From Alphaproteobacteria bacterium (GTDB lineage: Bacteria > Pseudomonadota > Alphaproteobacteria > SP197): a stretch of 64,000 bases of DNA. The DNA lies in NCBI GenBank assembly GCA_964291415.2, contig OZ219918.1, forward strand, positions 800,001-864,000, given 5' to 3'. Position 1 is the first letter of the stretch. Each line of letters starts with the position of its first letter. Positions 9,263 through 20,820 of this stretch are shown here, piece by piece. The notes beneath the pieces are model-generated. The model saw nothing but the letters and a program-made list of their open reading frames with translations. It was not told where the DNA came from and ran no database searches. Made by a program: the position numbers and the translations under genes.

Positions 9263-10108
9263 CTAGAGAACGATCTTCTTCTCTGCCGGTTCAAGATTGT
9301 CGTAGTTCCAGAGCTGCTTGCCGGCGACGATCTTGGTCATGTTCGCCACGCCGTTGGGTGCCTTGAGCCCATACATGCCGAGTTTGCGCTCGAGCCAGGC
9401 GCAGTCGAGATCGGACATGTCCCCCGGCACGGCATCGACACCGAGACTCTCGATCGTGCCTCCCACGAAGATTGTTCCGTCGTACATCGAGTCACCGAGG
9501 TTCTTGCCCGCGTCGCCAAGCACGATCATGCGGCCCCGCTGCATCATGAAGGCCGAGAAGGCGCCCGTCCGGCCACCGACGATGATGGTGCCGCCCTTCT
9601 GGTCGATGCCGGTCCGCGAACCAACGTCGCCCATGCAGACGAGATCGCCGCCGCGCATGGCCGCTCCGAAGGTCGAGCCGGCGTTCTTTTCGACGATCAC
9701 GGTGCCGGCCATCATGTTCTCGGCGCATGACCAGCCTACACGGCCGGTCACCCTGACATTGGGGCCGTCAATGAGTCCGACGCCAAAGTACCCGAGGCTA
9801 CCCTCGAAGATCAGGTTGAGCCGCTGCAGGATGCCCACGCCCAGGGAATGGCGGGCCTGGGGATTGCGGACAACGATGGAGCCGTAGCCCTCGGCCATCA
9901 GGTCACGGATCTTGCGGTTTACGTCCCGGGCATCCATGTCGATGGCATCGATGGTGGTACGCTTGTTGAAATCGACGTCAAACGCTTCCGGGTAGAGATG
10001 GTTCTCCTCTTCGCTGATGTCGAAGAACCTCTGCTGCGTGCGCCCGGTGAGCTGCTCGGTGTGCAGCCCCATGTCGTGGGAGCGCGCGGTCTCGTTCAGC
10101 TCTGCCAT
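9263..10108 (-). CDS. GXGXG-domain protein (N-methylglutamate synthase B / GlxC-like) with N-terminal extension
   Basis: GSLGYFG, GWSCAENMMAG, GAFSAFMMQRG, LGDSMYDG beta-helix repeats. Confidence 0.88.
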   Translation of the reverse strand: MAELNETARSHDMGLHTEQLTGRTQQRFFDISEEENHLYPEAFDVDFNKRTTIDAIDMDARDVNRKIRDLMAEGYGSIVVRNPQARHSLGVGILQRLNLIFEGSLGYFGVGLIDGPNVRVTGRVGWSCAENMMAGTVIVEKNAGSTFGAAMRGGDLVCMGDVGSRTGIDQKGGTIIVGGRTGAFSAFMMQRGRMIVLGDAGKNLGDSMYDGTIFVGGTIESLGVDAVPGDMSDLDCAWLERKLGMYGLKAPNGVANMTKIVAGKQLWNYDNLEPAEKKIVL

Positions 10109-11031
10109 ACCCGAACCTCCCGGTCGTAGGGATCGTGCGTGTCGATTTCGTGGGGCAGGACCTGGCGGATGGCGACCTCTTCGGAGGCCATGGCCACCAG
10201 ATCGTCGCTCTCGTAGAGCACCATGGGCTTGGCAGCCATGTCGTCCTTGGCCATGCCGAGCTTGTCCGACGTCGCCACGAGGTAGGTGAAGACTCCGTCG
10301 AACTCGTCGACCGACTGCACCATGGCCTCTTCCAGATCGACGCCTTCCTGCAGCTTGTCGGCGATGTAGACCGAGATGAGCTCGCTGTCGCAGCTCGACA
10401 TGAAGCGGAAGTCCTTGCGCTCGAGTTCCCGGCGCATGATCCAGTAGTTGGTGAGCTGGCCGTTATGCACCACGGCGATGTCGTTGTAGGGATAGGCCCA
10501 GTAGGGATGGGCGGAACGGATGTCGACATCCGATTCCGTGGCCATGCGGGTATGCCCGATTGCGTGGGTGCCATTGAAGCCCCTGAGCGCGTACTGGTCC
10601 GACACGGTCGATGCGTCGCCAAGATCCTTGATCAGCTCGAGTCGGCTGCCGAGAGAGAGGATCTCGGTGGAGGCCACGTCCTCGACGTAGTCGGCCACCT
10701 TGCGCATGTCGCCGCCATGCTTGATGCGGTAGCGGTAGGCGTACTCGGTGGCGTCGACGGTCTCGACCACCTCCACTCCGAGTTCGGCGAGACGGCGGTC
10801 GACTTCGGCCCGGCGGTCCCGTATCTCCTGGTGAATGTTGTAACCCTTCGCCGCGTCTTCCTGCTCGGCGACCTTGAAGCGCAGGACAAACTCGTCGTCG
10901 CGGGGCATGCCGTAGATGGCAAATCCCGTCGAGTCCGGTCCCCTGTGCTTGAGCGACTGCAACATGGAGGTCATCTCCGAACCGATGTCGGATGACCTGT
11001 TGCGGTGAATGATGCCTGCAATGCCACACAT
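10096..11031 (-). CDS. Class II glutamine amidotransferase (N-methylglutamate synthase A / GlxB-like)
   Basis: N-terminal MCGIAG, HRGPDS, GHTRMATES, VHNGQLTN. Confidence 0.9.
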   Translation of the reverse strand: MCGIAGIIHRNRSSDIGSEMTSMLQSLKHRGPDSTGFAIYGMPRDDEFVLRFKVAEQEDAAKGYNIHQEIRDRRAEVDRRLAELGVEVVETVDATEYAYRYRIKHGGDMRKVADYVEDVASTEILSLGSRLELIKDLGDASTVSDQYALRGFNGTHAIGHTRMATESDVDIRSAHPYWAYPYNDIAVVHNGQLTNYWIMRRELERKDFRFMSSCDSELISVYIADKLQEGVDLEEAMVQSVDEFDGVFTYLVATSDKLGMAKDDMAAKPMVLYESDDLVAMASEEVAIRQVLPHEIDTHDPYDREVRVWQS

Positions 11032-11101
11032 GCTTCGTTGTCTCCCCTTGCCTTCGGGCGACAGCGGGAGGTGCCCCGCTGCCGCACCGACAATCCGCCT
11101 G

Positions 11102-12574
11102 TCAGGGCAGGCAGTCCCAGTAGGTTTCCATGTCCCATTCGGTGACGGTGGCCATGAAGGTCTCCCACTCGTTGGTCTTGTAGTGCATGAAGACCTTGTA
11201 CATGTCGCCCGGCATCGATGACTTGATCACCTCGTCATTGCTCAGTCGATCGAGGGCGTCACCCAGCGACATCGGCAACTTCTTGACCAGCTTGCCCTCT
11301 TCCATGGCCTGGTAGATGTTGCGCTCCTCCGGCTCGCCGGGATCGAGGTCGTTGTCGATGCCGTCGTCGAATGCCTGCAGCAGAGCGCTGGCCATGAGGT
11401 AGGGGTTGACCATGGAGTCGACCGCCCGGTACTCGAAACGCCCCGGTGCCGAGACGCGCATGCCGGTGGTCCGGTTCTGGTATCCCCAGTCGGCAAACAC
11501 CGGAGCCCAGAAGCCCGTATCCCACAGGCGGCGATAGGAGTTGACCGTGGAGCAGCCGATGGCCGTCAGCGCCCCGAGATGCGCCATGATGCCGCCGATG
11601 GCCTTGAGGCCAACCTTGCCGGGCTTGCGCGGATCGGAACCGTCCGGAAGGAAGGTGTTGGTGCCGCCCTTGCGATAGGCGAAGTTCTCCAGCAAACCCG
11701 CCGGCTGGTCCTGGCCCAGGGTGTTGATCTCGTCGGCGCCGCCCGTCCACAGCGAAACATTGTGGTGGCACCCCGATGCCGAGACACCCATGAAGGGCTT
11801 CGACATGAAGCACGCCACGAGATTGTTCTCGCGCGCGACCTGGGCACAGATCTGCCGGTAGGTGGTGAGACGGTCGGCGGTGCGCAGGGCATCATCGAAC
11901 TGGAAGTTCAGCTCCAGCTGGCCCGGTGCGTCCTCGTGGTCGCCCTGGATCATGTCGAGGCCCATGGCGCGGCTGTACTCGATCGCCTTCATGAACACCG
12001 GGCGCAGACTCTCGAACTGGTCGATGTGGTAGCAGTTCGGCTTGGAGAATCCGCCGTCAGGCAGGCCGTCCTCGCCCTTCTTGAGCCACATCATCTCCGG
12101 CTCGGTGCCGTGGCGCAGATGCAGGCCGTCGTGCTTTTCCTGGAAGGCGTCGTGAATGCGCCTGAGGTTGCCGCGGCAGTCCCCGGTGAAGAAGGCGCCC
12201 GGATTGACGGGTTCCTCGCGGTTGCGGAAGCAGGTGCAGTAGACCCGCGCCACGCGCTTGTCCCAGGGCAGCTGCACGAATGTCTCGGGATCGGGAATGC
12301 CCACAAGCTCGGACGATTCCGGTCCGTAACCGATGTAGTTTCCGTAACGGTCGACATAGAGATTGGCGACCGAGCCGTAGACGAGCTGGAAGCCCCGCTC
12401 GGCAATGGTCTCCCAGTGATCGGCGGGCACGCCCTTGCCGACAATCCGCCCGGTCACGGAAATGAACTGGTAGTAGATGTAATCGATGTTCAGTTCATCG
12501 ATCTTCTCGCGCACCTGGCGCACCTTGTCGGCACGGCCTTCCTGTTCAACGTAACGTTCGATGTCCATCGGCAT
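11102..12574 (-). CDS. Glutamine synthetase-like gamma-glutamylamide synthetase (GmaS-like by context)
   Basis: GTEPE, HEDAPGQLE, FMSKP, SGCH, WGYQNR, RFEYR, NPYL motifs; adjacent to mgsABC-like genes. Confidence 0.85.
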   Translation of the reverse strand: MPMDIERYVEQEGRADKVRQVREKIDELNIDYIYYQFISVTGRIVGKGVPADHWETIAERGFQLVYGSVANLYVDRYGNYIGYGPESSELVGIPDPETFVQLPWDKRVARVYCTCFRNREEPVNPGAFFTGDCRGNLRRIHDAFQEKHDGLHLRHGTEPEMMWLKKGEDGLPDGGFSKPNCYHIDQFESLRPVFMKAIEYSRAMGLDMIQGDHEDAPGQLELNFQFDDALRTADRLTTYRQICAQVARENNLVACFMSKPFMGVSASGCHHNVSLWTGGADEINTLGQDQPAGLLENFAYRKGGTNTFLPDGSDPRKPGKVGLKAIGGIMAHLGALTAIGCSTVNSYRRLWDTGFWAPVFADWGYQNRTTGMRVSAPGRFEYRAVDSMVNPYLMASALLQAFDDGIDNDLDPGEPEERNIYQAMEEGKLVKKLPMSLGDALDRLSNDEVIKSSMPGDMYKVFMHYKTNEWETFMATVTEWDMETYWDCLP

Positions 12575-12647
12575 GGATCCTGCTCTCCCTTGCGCTCGGT
12601 TCTTTGGGTTGTCCTTCTCCCCTGGATTGCCAGGGCCGGTGGTCCTG

Positions 12648-13985
12648 TCAGCTCCACGGGAAGGGGCTGTTCGACACCGGATGCAGTTGTCCTTCGGCAT
12701 AGCGTGAAAAGCGGAACGGCTCGAGCAGTTCCATGGTCTCGCCAACACACTCGGCCGCCACGAGCTTGCCGACCCCTATCATCTTGTAGCCGTGATTGGA
12801 GTCGGCGATGATCTGGACATTCTCGCACATCGTATCGAAGACCGGGAAGCTGTCGGGCGTGAAACAGCCAAGGCCTCCCGACGGCTCCTTCTTCCAGTGC
12901 CTGATCTGCCCGGAGAAGCGCTCCTGGCAATGGGCCAGGGCCGAACACCACATGTGGGCGAACTCGTCGCCGACGATGAAGTCCGGCGAATCCGGGCCAT
13001 AGGGATCGAGCGCCACCTCGTTTACCGGTGTGGTGACCTCGTAGGGCATGGCGCCGCCCTGGATGCCGGCAAAGTTGAAGTCGGGCTTGTAGTAGATTCC
13101 CCACATCTCTTCGGTGATGACGGAGCCATCGATATCGGACTGGAGCGGGGCGTCGGTGTCGACGTGGATGACCGGCGGCATGGCGCCGTCGTTCGTCTTC
13201 TGCAGGTTCGGATCGACGCCGAGCGTTCCTTCCTCGAGGCACCAGTAGCGCCACATGTCGATGCCGTGGTGCATCGTGCCGTCCGCGCCCTTGATGGAGA
13301 CGCTCTCGGGGAGGTCGAGCATGGACCATAACTTGGAGACCCACGGTCCCACGGCCACCACGACCATGTCGGTGTCGATGACGCCGCGGTCCGTGACGAC
13401 AGCGCTCACCGCCTCGCCGGAGCGCTCGAAACCGGTGACGGCGCAGCCGGTGATGATGCGGACTCCCTCGCTTTCCGCCTTGGAAGCAAGCCCGTAGATG
13501 GACGCGGTGTTGTTGGCGTAGCCACCCCTCTTCTCGTGCAGCACCGAGGTGATGTTCTGTGCGCGCCAGTCGGAGAACATCGACTTCATGTACGTCATGC
13601 AGTCGTCCGCGCCCTCGATGAAGGCCGACTCGTAGCCGATCGCCTTCTGCTGCTGGTAGATCGTCGCGACGTCCCCATGCATGGACTCGCTGGAAATCTG
13701 CATGTAGCCGACCGGATGATAGCTGTAGGCTTCAGGGTCGCTTTCCCACACCTCGACCGACTGCGCCATGAGTTCGCGCATGGCCGGCTGGTAGTAGTTG
13801 TTGCGGACCACGCCACAGGCGATGCCGCTGGCGCCGGCGGCAATCCCCGTCTTGTCGAGAACGAGGATGTCCTCGCCACTGCCCCGTCCTCGCGCCTTCA
13901 GTTCCAGCGCCAGGTGGTAGGCCGTCGAAAGACCGTGAATACCGGCTCCGATGATGACATAGGGTGAGCTCTTCGGGAATGCCAT
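12648..13985 (-). CDS. FAD-dependent oxidoreductase, DAO/sarcosine oxidase beta-like
   Basis: IIGAGIHG Rossmann motif, GASGIACGVVRNNY, FTPDSFP, HGYK. Confidence 0.87.
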   Translation of the reverse strand: MAFPKSSPYVIIGAGIHGLSTAYHLALELKARGRGSGEDILVLDKTGIAAGASGIACGVVRNNYYQPAMRELMAQSVEVWESDPEAYSYHPVGYMQISSESMHGDVATIYQQQKAIGYESAFIEGADDCMTYMKSMFSDWRAQNITSVLHEKRGGYANNTASIYGLASKAESEGVRIITGCAVTGFERSGEAVSAVVTDRGVIDTDMVVVAVGPWVSKLWSMLDLPESVSIKGADGTMHHGIDMWRYWCLEEGTLGVDPNLQKTNDGAMPPVIHVDTDAPLQSDIDGSVITEEMWGIYYKPDFNFAGIQGGAMPYEVTTPVNEVALDPYGPDSPDFIVGDEFAHMWCSALAHCQERFSGQIRHWKKEPSGGLGCFTPDSFPVFDTMCENVQIIADSNHGYKMIGVGKLVAAECVGETMELLEPFRFSRYAEGQLHPVSNSPFPWS

Positions 13986-14071
13986 GCGGTGTTCGTCCCC
14001 TGTTGTTCGCAACTCCCGGCCTTGAGTGGACGGGAGGGAGAGTGCTTGACGATCGTTGACCCGCCAGTTAT

Positions 14072-14097
14072 ACCAATAATGAACCAATACAACCAAT
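14072..14097. promoter_or_regulatory. Three ACCAAT direct repeats in the divergent promoter, candidate GntR/FadR operator half-sites
   Basis: ACCAAT at 14072, 14083 and 14092 in an AT-rich patch between the oxidoreductase and the GntR gene. Confidence 0.5.
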
Positions 14098-14121
14098 CCC
14101 CAAAACCCTAGAACGCACGTC

Positions 14122-14838
14122 ATGCCGATGTCAAGACCAACGAAGAGCCCGGTCCGCGCGACGCCCCTTCCATTGCCGCGGGCAGGAACCGCGGTCGCCG
14201 TCGCCACCCGGCTGCGCGCGGCGATTGCCGACGGCATCTATGTCGATGGTGAACGCCTGCCTGCCGAACGTGCTCTCGCCGATGCCTTCTCCTGTTCGAG
14301 GACGACCGTTCGCGAAGCCTTGCGACAGCTCTGCGACGGCAACCTCGTCTCCCGCCGGGCGGGGAGCGGAACGTTCGTCACTTTCAGCCACGACGCCGAG
14401 AATCCCGATATCGCCGAAATCACCAGCCCTCTTGAGCTGATCGACGTGCGGATCGCCGTGGAACCGCACATGGTGCGTCTCGCCACGGTTCACGCCACCA
14501 TGCGCGATCTCGGCCGCATCGGCATAGCCCTTGACGCCCTCGAGTCGTCCGGCGAGCCCGAATCATTCACGCGCCAGGACCGCATCTTCCACCAGTCGAT
14601 TGCCGATGCCACCCACAATCCGCTGATGTGCTCCTTCTACCGGCGGATCAACCATGTTCGCGGACACCGCCAGTGGAACGCGATGAAGGACAAGGTACTG
14701 ACCGGTCAGGCGATGGAATCCTACAACCACGACCATCGCCAGCTCTTCGAGGCCCTGGCCGTGCGTGACGCCGATCGTGCCGCCGACATTGTCCTCAGTC
14801 ACCTGCAGACCGCGCGTCTGCAGCTGGTCGCCACCTGA
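14122..14838 (+). CDS. GntR/FadR-family regulator (FCD domain)
   Basis: RLPAERALADAFSCSRTTVREAL wHTH; FHQSIADATHNP. Confidence 0.92.
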   Translation: MPMSRPTKSPVRATPLPLPRAGTAVAVATRLRAAIADGIYVDGERLPAERALADAFSCSRTTVREALRQLCDGNLVSRRAGSGTFVTFSHDAENPDIAEITSPLELIDVRIAVEPHMVRLATVHATMRDLGRIGIALDALESSGEPESFTRQDRIFHQSIADATHNPLMCSFYRRINHVRGHRQWNAMKDKVLTGQAMESYNHDHRQLFEALAVRDADRAADIVLSHLQTARLQLVAT

Positions 14839-15202
14839 CGCCGCCGGGATCGCGCAGCCGCGTGATCTCGACCCCGGCAGCGCGTGCCTCGGTCACGGCA
14901 TCGGGCTTGACGGCACGCACGGTGACCACGCCGACATGCGGCAATTCCAGGCAGGCCGCCGCCAGGTCTTCGGCAAAGTCCTCGACCAGCTGAATGTGAC
15001 CACGATCGATGATGTCCCGTGCCCGCATCACGATATCCCGGTAGTCGACCGTGGTCTCGAGGCGCCCGGCCTTCCAGGGGTCTCCCTCGAGTTCGAGCGT
15101 GACATCGACGATGAGCGGTTGCCTGGCGGTTGCCTCGTGATCGAGGATGCCGATCGATGCCTCGAGTGCCAGGGCCTCGATGAAGACGCGCGTGCGGGTC
15201 AT
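14795..15202 (-). CDS. folB: Dihydroneopterin aldolase
   Basis: IGILDHE..RQPL, TVDY, LVEDFAE, KPDAV..A..GVEI. Confidence 0.88.
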   Translation of the reverse strand: MTRTRVFIEALALEASIGILDHEATARQPLIVDVTLELEGDPWKAGRLETTVDYRDIVMRARDIIDRGHIQLVEDFAEDLAAACLELPHVGVVTVRAVKPDAVTEARAAGVEITRLRDPGGVRWRPAADARSAGD

Positions 15203-15963
15203 GCCACGTCGGGCCCGAGCGGGTAGCCGCCTGGCGGATGTTGCCAGCCCAGTCGCTGGCCGCCGTCAAGATGGATGACCTGCCCCGTCACGGACGGCGC
15301 CTGGATGAGGAATCGCAGGGCATCGCAGACTTCGTCCGGGGATGTCCCGCGTCCCATGGGAAAGCCGGCCGTCCAGCGGACCATGGCGGCCTCATCGCTC
15401 TGGTGGTCCGGCAGGGCCATGCCCGGCGCAATTCCATTGACCCTGACAGCCGGGGCGAGTTCCAGGGCCCATGTTCGCGTCATCGCCTCGAGCGCCACCT
15501 TCGAGGCGGTGTAGGACATGTAGCGCGGCGTCGGATTTGTCACGCGCTGGTCAAGCATGTTGATGACGCAGCCTTGTGTCGAGCCAGGCAGCTGTTCGAA
15601 AAAGGCCCGGGTGAGCAGCATGGGCGCGACGAGGTTGGTGCTGATATTGGCATCGATGGTGTCGGGACCTGCGGTGCGCACGCTGTCATCGATGAAGACG
15701 GCCGCGCTGTTGACCAGCAGCGTCACGGGGCCGAGTTCTTCCATGGCCTCCCTCATCACCCTGGCCGGTGTCCGGCAATCGGCGAGATCGCCCCTGATCG
15801 CATGAGCCTTTCCGCCCCTGTCCATGATATCCCGGGCCTCGGCCTGCGCGTCGGCGAACGAATTCCGGGCAGCCAGGGCGACAGGCCATCCGTCGGCCGC
15901 CAGCGCCCTTGCCATGGCAAGACCGAGGCGCCGTCCGGCACCGGTGACAAGGGCGCACCCCAT
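15199..15963 (-). CDS. SDR oxidoreductase, pteridine reductase/FolM-like
   Basis: TGAGRRLG, YTASK, VNGIAPG; coupled to folB. Confidence 0.85.
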   Translation of the reverse strand: MGCALVTGAGRRLGLAMARALAADGWPVALAARNSFADAQAEARDIMDRGGKAHAIRGDLADCRTPARVMREAMEELGPVTLLVNSAAVFIDDSVRTAGPDTIDANISTNLVAPMLLTRAFFEQLPGSTQGCVINMLDQRVTNPTPRYMSYTASKVALEAMTRTWALELAPAVRVNGIAPGMALPDHQSDEAAMVRWTAGFPMGRGTSPDEVCDALRFLIQAPSVTGQVIHLDGGQRLGWQHPPGGYPLGPDVA

Positions 15964-15972
15964 GAGTTTCCC

Positions 15973-18084
15973 TCAAGGTCCCCTGCGCTTGCGCTGCCGC
16001 CGCCGTGGCTGACGAGCCATGGCGGTCTCGAGTGGAGCGTCGCGAAGTCCGAGGTCGATGGCCTCGAGGCGGCGGATCTCGTCGCGCAGGCGTGCGGCCT
16101 CCTCGAACTCCAGGTTGCTCGCCGCCTCGCGCATGCGCATGCGCAGGTCATCCATGCGTTCCTCGAACGTGTCGCTTGTGTCGAGGCTGTCGCCGGCGAC
16201 TCCGGTGTCGACAGTGACGTGGTCCGCGTCGGCCATGCTCTGGAGCGAGTCGGGGATGCCCTTGCGTATCGATTCGGGCGTGATGCCGTGTTCCACGTTC
16301 CACGCCATCTGCTTGTCGCGCCGGCGTTCGGTTTCGCCGATCGCCCGTTCCAGTGACTCGGTCATGTGGTCGGCATAGAGGATGACCCGCCCGTCCACGT
16401 TGCGTGCCGCCCGTCCGATGGTCTGGATGAGGGAGCGCTCGCTCCTCAGAAAGCCCTCCTTGTCGGCATCGAGAATGGCAACCAGTCCACATTCCGGAAT
16501 GTCGAGCCCCTCGCGCAGGAGATTGATGCCGACCAGGATATCGAAGGCGCCGAGGCGCAGGTCCCTGATGATCTCGATACGCTCGAGGGTGTCGATGTCG
16601 GAGTGGAGATAGCGCACCCGCAGCCCGGCTTCCGCCAGATACTCGGTCAGCGCCTCCGCCATGCGCTTGGTGAGCGTGGTCACGAGAACCCGATGACCCG
16701 CCGCGGTGACCTCGGCGCACTCGGCCATCAGGTCGTCGACCTGGGTTGTCACCGGACGCACGATGCACGGAGGATCGACGAGTCCCGTGGGGCGGATCAC
16801 CTGTTCGGCGAACACGCCTCCCGTTCTCTCGAGTTCCCAGGGCCCCGGTGTCGCCGACACGAAGATCGATTGCGGGCGCATCGCCTCCCACTCCTCGAAC
16901 TTGAGAGGGCGGTTGTCGACGCAGCTCGGCAGGCGGAAACCGTATTCGGCGAGCGTCGACTTGCGGTTGTAGTCCCCCTTGAACATGCCGCCGACCTGAG
17001 GCACCGCAACGTGGCTCTCATCGATGAAGATGATGGCGTTGTCCGGCAGGTACTCCATCAGGGTGGGGGGCGGCTCCCCGGGAGCGCGCCCCGTGAGGTA
17101 CCTGGAGTAGTTCTCGATGCCGGCGCACATGCCGGTCGCCTCCAGCATCTCCAGATCGAAGGTACAGCGCTGTTCCAGCCTCTCGGCCTCGAGGAACCGG
17201 CCGCGTTCACGAAAAAACTGCAGTCGTTCGCCAAGTTCCACGCGGATTGCCCCGACTGCCTGGTGCAGGGTCGGCTTGGGAACGATGTAGTGGCTGTTGG
17301 GATAGACGACGATCTGCTGCATTTCGCCGGCACGCTGTCCGGTGAGGGGATCGAACTCCTCGATGCTCTCGACTTCGTCGCCGAAGAGCGAGATGCGCCA
17401 GGCGCCGTCCTCGAGGTGGCTGGGAAAGACCTCGAGGGAATCGCCGCGCACCCGGAAGGCGCCTCGCTGGAAGGCGGTGTCGTTGCGGGTGTACTGCAGC
17501 TCGACGAGGCGGCGCATGATGGATTCCCGGCGATACTCCATGCCCTGCCTGAGGGACATCGTCATCGCCGAATAGCTTTCGACGTCACCGATGCCGTAGA
17601 TGCACGAGACGCTGGCAACGATGATGGTGTCGGGACGCTCCAGGATCGCCCGGGTTGCCGAGTGGCGCATGCGGTCGATCTGCTCGTTCCTGCTCGACTC
17701 CTTTTCGATGTAGGTGTCGGTCCGCGCCACGTAGGCTTCCGGCTGGTAATAGTCGTAGTAGGAGACGAAGTACTCGACGGCGTTGTCGGGAAAGAAGCTC
17801 CTGAACTCGCTGTAGAGCTGTGCCGCCAGGGTCTTGTTGGGTGCCAGCACCAGCGCCGGACGTCCCATGCGCTCGATCACCTGGGCCATGGTGTAGGTCT
17901 TGCCGGACCCGGTGACGCCGAGCAGCACCTGGTCGCGCTCCCCGGCAACGAGTCCGTCCACGAGTTCCCGGATCGCATCCGGTTGATCCCCCGCCGGCTC
18001 GAAATCCGCAACCAGGCGGAAGAGTGACGGCGTCACGGGAGCAAAGGGACTGTCTTGTTGAACGGGTGCCAGCGTCATGGGCAC
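15973..18084 (-). CDS. uvrB: Excinuclease ABC subunit B
   Basis: [33 protein letters not shown]-terminal UVR domain. Confidence 0.97.
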   Translation of the reverse strand: MPMTLAPVQQDSPFAPVTPSLFRLVADFEPAGDQPDAIRELVDGLVAGERDQVLLGVTGSGKTYTMAQVIERMGRPALVLAPNKTLAAQLYSEFRSFFPDNAVEYFVSYYDYYQPEAYVARTDTYIEKESSRNEQIDRMRHSATRAILERPDTIIVASVSCIYGIGDVESYSAMTMSLRQGMEYRRESIMRRLVELQYTRNDTAFQRGAFRVRGDSLEVFPSHLEDGAWRISLFGDEVESIEEFDPLTGQRAGEMQQIVVYPNSHYIVPKPTLHQAVGAIRVELGERLQFFRERGRFLEAERLEQRCTFDLEMLEATGMCAGIENYSRYLTGRAPGEPPPTLMEYLPDNAIIFIDESHVAVPQVGGMFKGDYNRKSTLAEYGFRLPSCVDNRPLKFEEWEAMRPQSIFVSATPGPWELERTGGVFAEQVIRPTGLVDPPCIVRPVTTQVDDLMAECAEVTAAGHRVLVTTLTKRMAEALTEYLAEAGLRVRYLHSDIDTLERIEIIRDLRLGAFDILVGINLLREGLDIPECGLVAILDADKEGFLRSERSLIQTIGRAARNVDGRVILYADHMTESLERAIGETERRRDKQMAWNVEHGITPESIRKGIPDSLQSMADADHVTVDTGVAGDSLDTSDTFEERMDDLRMRMREAASNLEFEEAARLRDEIRRLEAIDLGLRDAPLETAMARQPRRRQRKRRGP

Positions 18085-18222
18085 AACCTACACGAGGTCG
18101 ATGTGGCGTGACAGATCGCGCTTGCCTTCGGGGCCGTCGTTTCATGTGCCGAGTTTCAAAACGCTGCGGTTTTTGCTACCGACTTGCGGTGGCGGCATGT
18201 GACGGCGGAGGCTCTTGCACCG

Positions 18223-19305
<1,083 letters not shown>

Positions 19306-19448
19306 AGAAACTGTCAAGATGGTGGCAGGAACCGTCAATCGTCACCTCGGCTTCCACGCCATAATGGGCGAGGGGTTCAGCACCCTGCACGCTCCGACCG
19401 GCACTGCGCGCCACAACAGGGTCGGGCGAAGAACCCGGGAGGGAAGAC

Positions 19449-20600
19449 ATGGTGACGCCAGGCGGCCTTGAGACGAACATCATTTTCGGCCATCCGGAAC
19501 ACTGCGTGAACCAGATCGCGATGCGGTGCCTGAAGAACGGCGACCTCCTCGCGGTGTTCAACGAAGAGCGATATCCCTATCACCATGACAGCGGCCAGAC
19601 CCTGATCTCCCGATCGAAGGACGGCGGGAGGTCGTGGTCCGAGCCCAGGGTCGTGGTGCCGTGGACGGAGACCGAAGGCAACTGGGATTGCGGGATCTGC
19701 GAACTTCACGACGGAACCCTGATTGTGAACTTCACGGTTGCCGGCTTCTTCCGGCGCGGAGTGAGGCCCGAAGGTGTCTCCTGGGCGAGCCATCCCAGTG
19801 GCAGGGAATGGGGCGACTGGACCTGGTCCCGTCATACCCGGGGTTGTCTGGGCACCTACGTGGTGCGGTCCGGCGACGGCGGCGAGACCTGGTCGAGACC
19901 GATTCCCGTCAACATACGCCCGCTCAAGCACGGCGGCTGTCGACTGGGTTGCTGGCAACTCCCCGGCGGCGAACTCCTGCTTGGCCTCTATGGCCGCATT
20001 CGCGGCTACGAAGAGAGCGGCGAATACGAATCGACCCGGTCCGCGTTGATGCGATCCGATGATGGTGGATTCAACTGGGAGTACTTCTCGACGCTTGCCT
20101 TCGATCCCGCCAGCATCATCGACTACGAGGAACCGGCACTGCTTCGCCTGGACGACGGCCGGCTCGTCTGTTTCCTGAGGACACATAACCGGCCCAGCGA
20201 GGACGCAAGGAACATGGTCGTGGTCGTTTCCGACGACGACGGCTATACATGGTCAGCACCGAAGTGGACAAACATCTGGGGCTATCCGGCGGATGCCGTT
20301 GCGCTTCATGACGGGCGATACCTGTGCGTCTACGGATACCGGCGTCCGCCTTACGGGACCTTCGGATGTCTCTCCGAGGATGGGGTCACCTGGGACAAGA
20401 AGAACGAATTCATCATCAGGGAGGGCGGTGTTCCTGATCGTCCCGGCACCATAGACTGGAACAATCCAGGCGAGTTTCAGCACATCGGCTACCCGACGGT
20501 GGCACAGCTTCCCGATGGAACGGTCGTCGCCGCATACCACGAGTGGAACGACGCACCCATGCCCCTCCAGCACTGCCTCGCGACCCGCTTCACTCTCTGA
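19449..20600 (+). CDS. Asp-box (BNR) repeat sialidase-like protein, paralog 1
   Basis: SKDGGRSW, SGDGGETW, SDDGGFNW, SDDDGYTW, SEDGVTW; GYP near the C-terminus; no signal peptide. Confidence 0.85.
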   Translation: MVTPGGLETNIIFGHPEHCVNQIAMRCLKNGDLLAVFNEERYPYHHDSGQTLISRSKDGGRSWSEPRVVVPWTETEGNWDCGICELHDGTLIVNFTVAGFFRRGVRPEGVSWASHPSGREWGDWTWSRHTRGCLGTYVVRSGDGGETWSRPIPVNIRPLKHGGCRLGCWQLPGGELLLGLYGRIRGYEESGEYESTRSALMRSDDGGFNWEYFSTLAFDPASIIDYEEPALLRLDDGRLVCFLRTHNRPSEDARNMVVVVSDDDGYTWSAPKWTNIWGYPADAVALHDGRYLCVYGYRRPPYGTFGCLSEDGVTWDKKNEFIIREGGVPDRPGTIDWNNPGEFQHIGYPTVAQLPDGTVVAAYHEWNDAPMPLQHCLATRFTL

Positions 20601-20820
20601 AGGCGGCTGCGAGCCGACTTCACACGACCCCCGTGCCTTCGCCCCCTCTCCATGCGCGTGACCAGGCGTGTCCGACCTTGCTCCGCAGGCGTGGACGGAA
20701 GAGGTTTCTTCGCCCTATGCTGAACTGCTCATACCTGCCGTTTTGGCCTGCAATGATCGAGTCGGATGTGATCGCCGTCACAAGGAAGATGCGGCCCCGT
20801 GCAGGGTGCGGCCCAATCTG

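Noticed and set aside
14795-15963. folB and the pteridine reductase as part of the C1/NMG cluster
   Set aside because: They follow uvrB in the same orientation and converge on the GntR gene, so they are more likely core genes that happen to be adjacent.
18085-18222. LexA box upstream of uvrB
   Set aside because: GTTTC-N9-GTTTC does not fit the alphaproteobacterial GTTC-N7-GTTC consensus.
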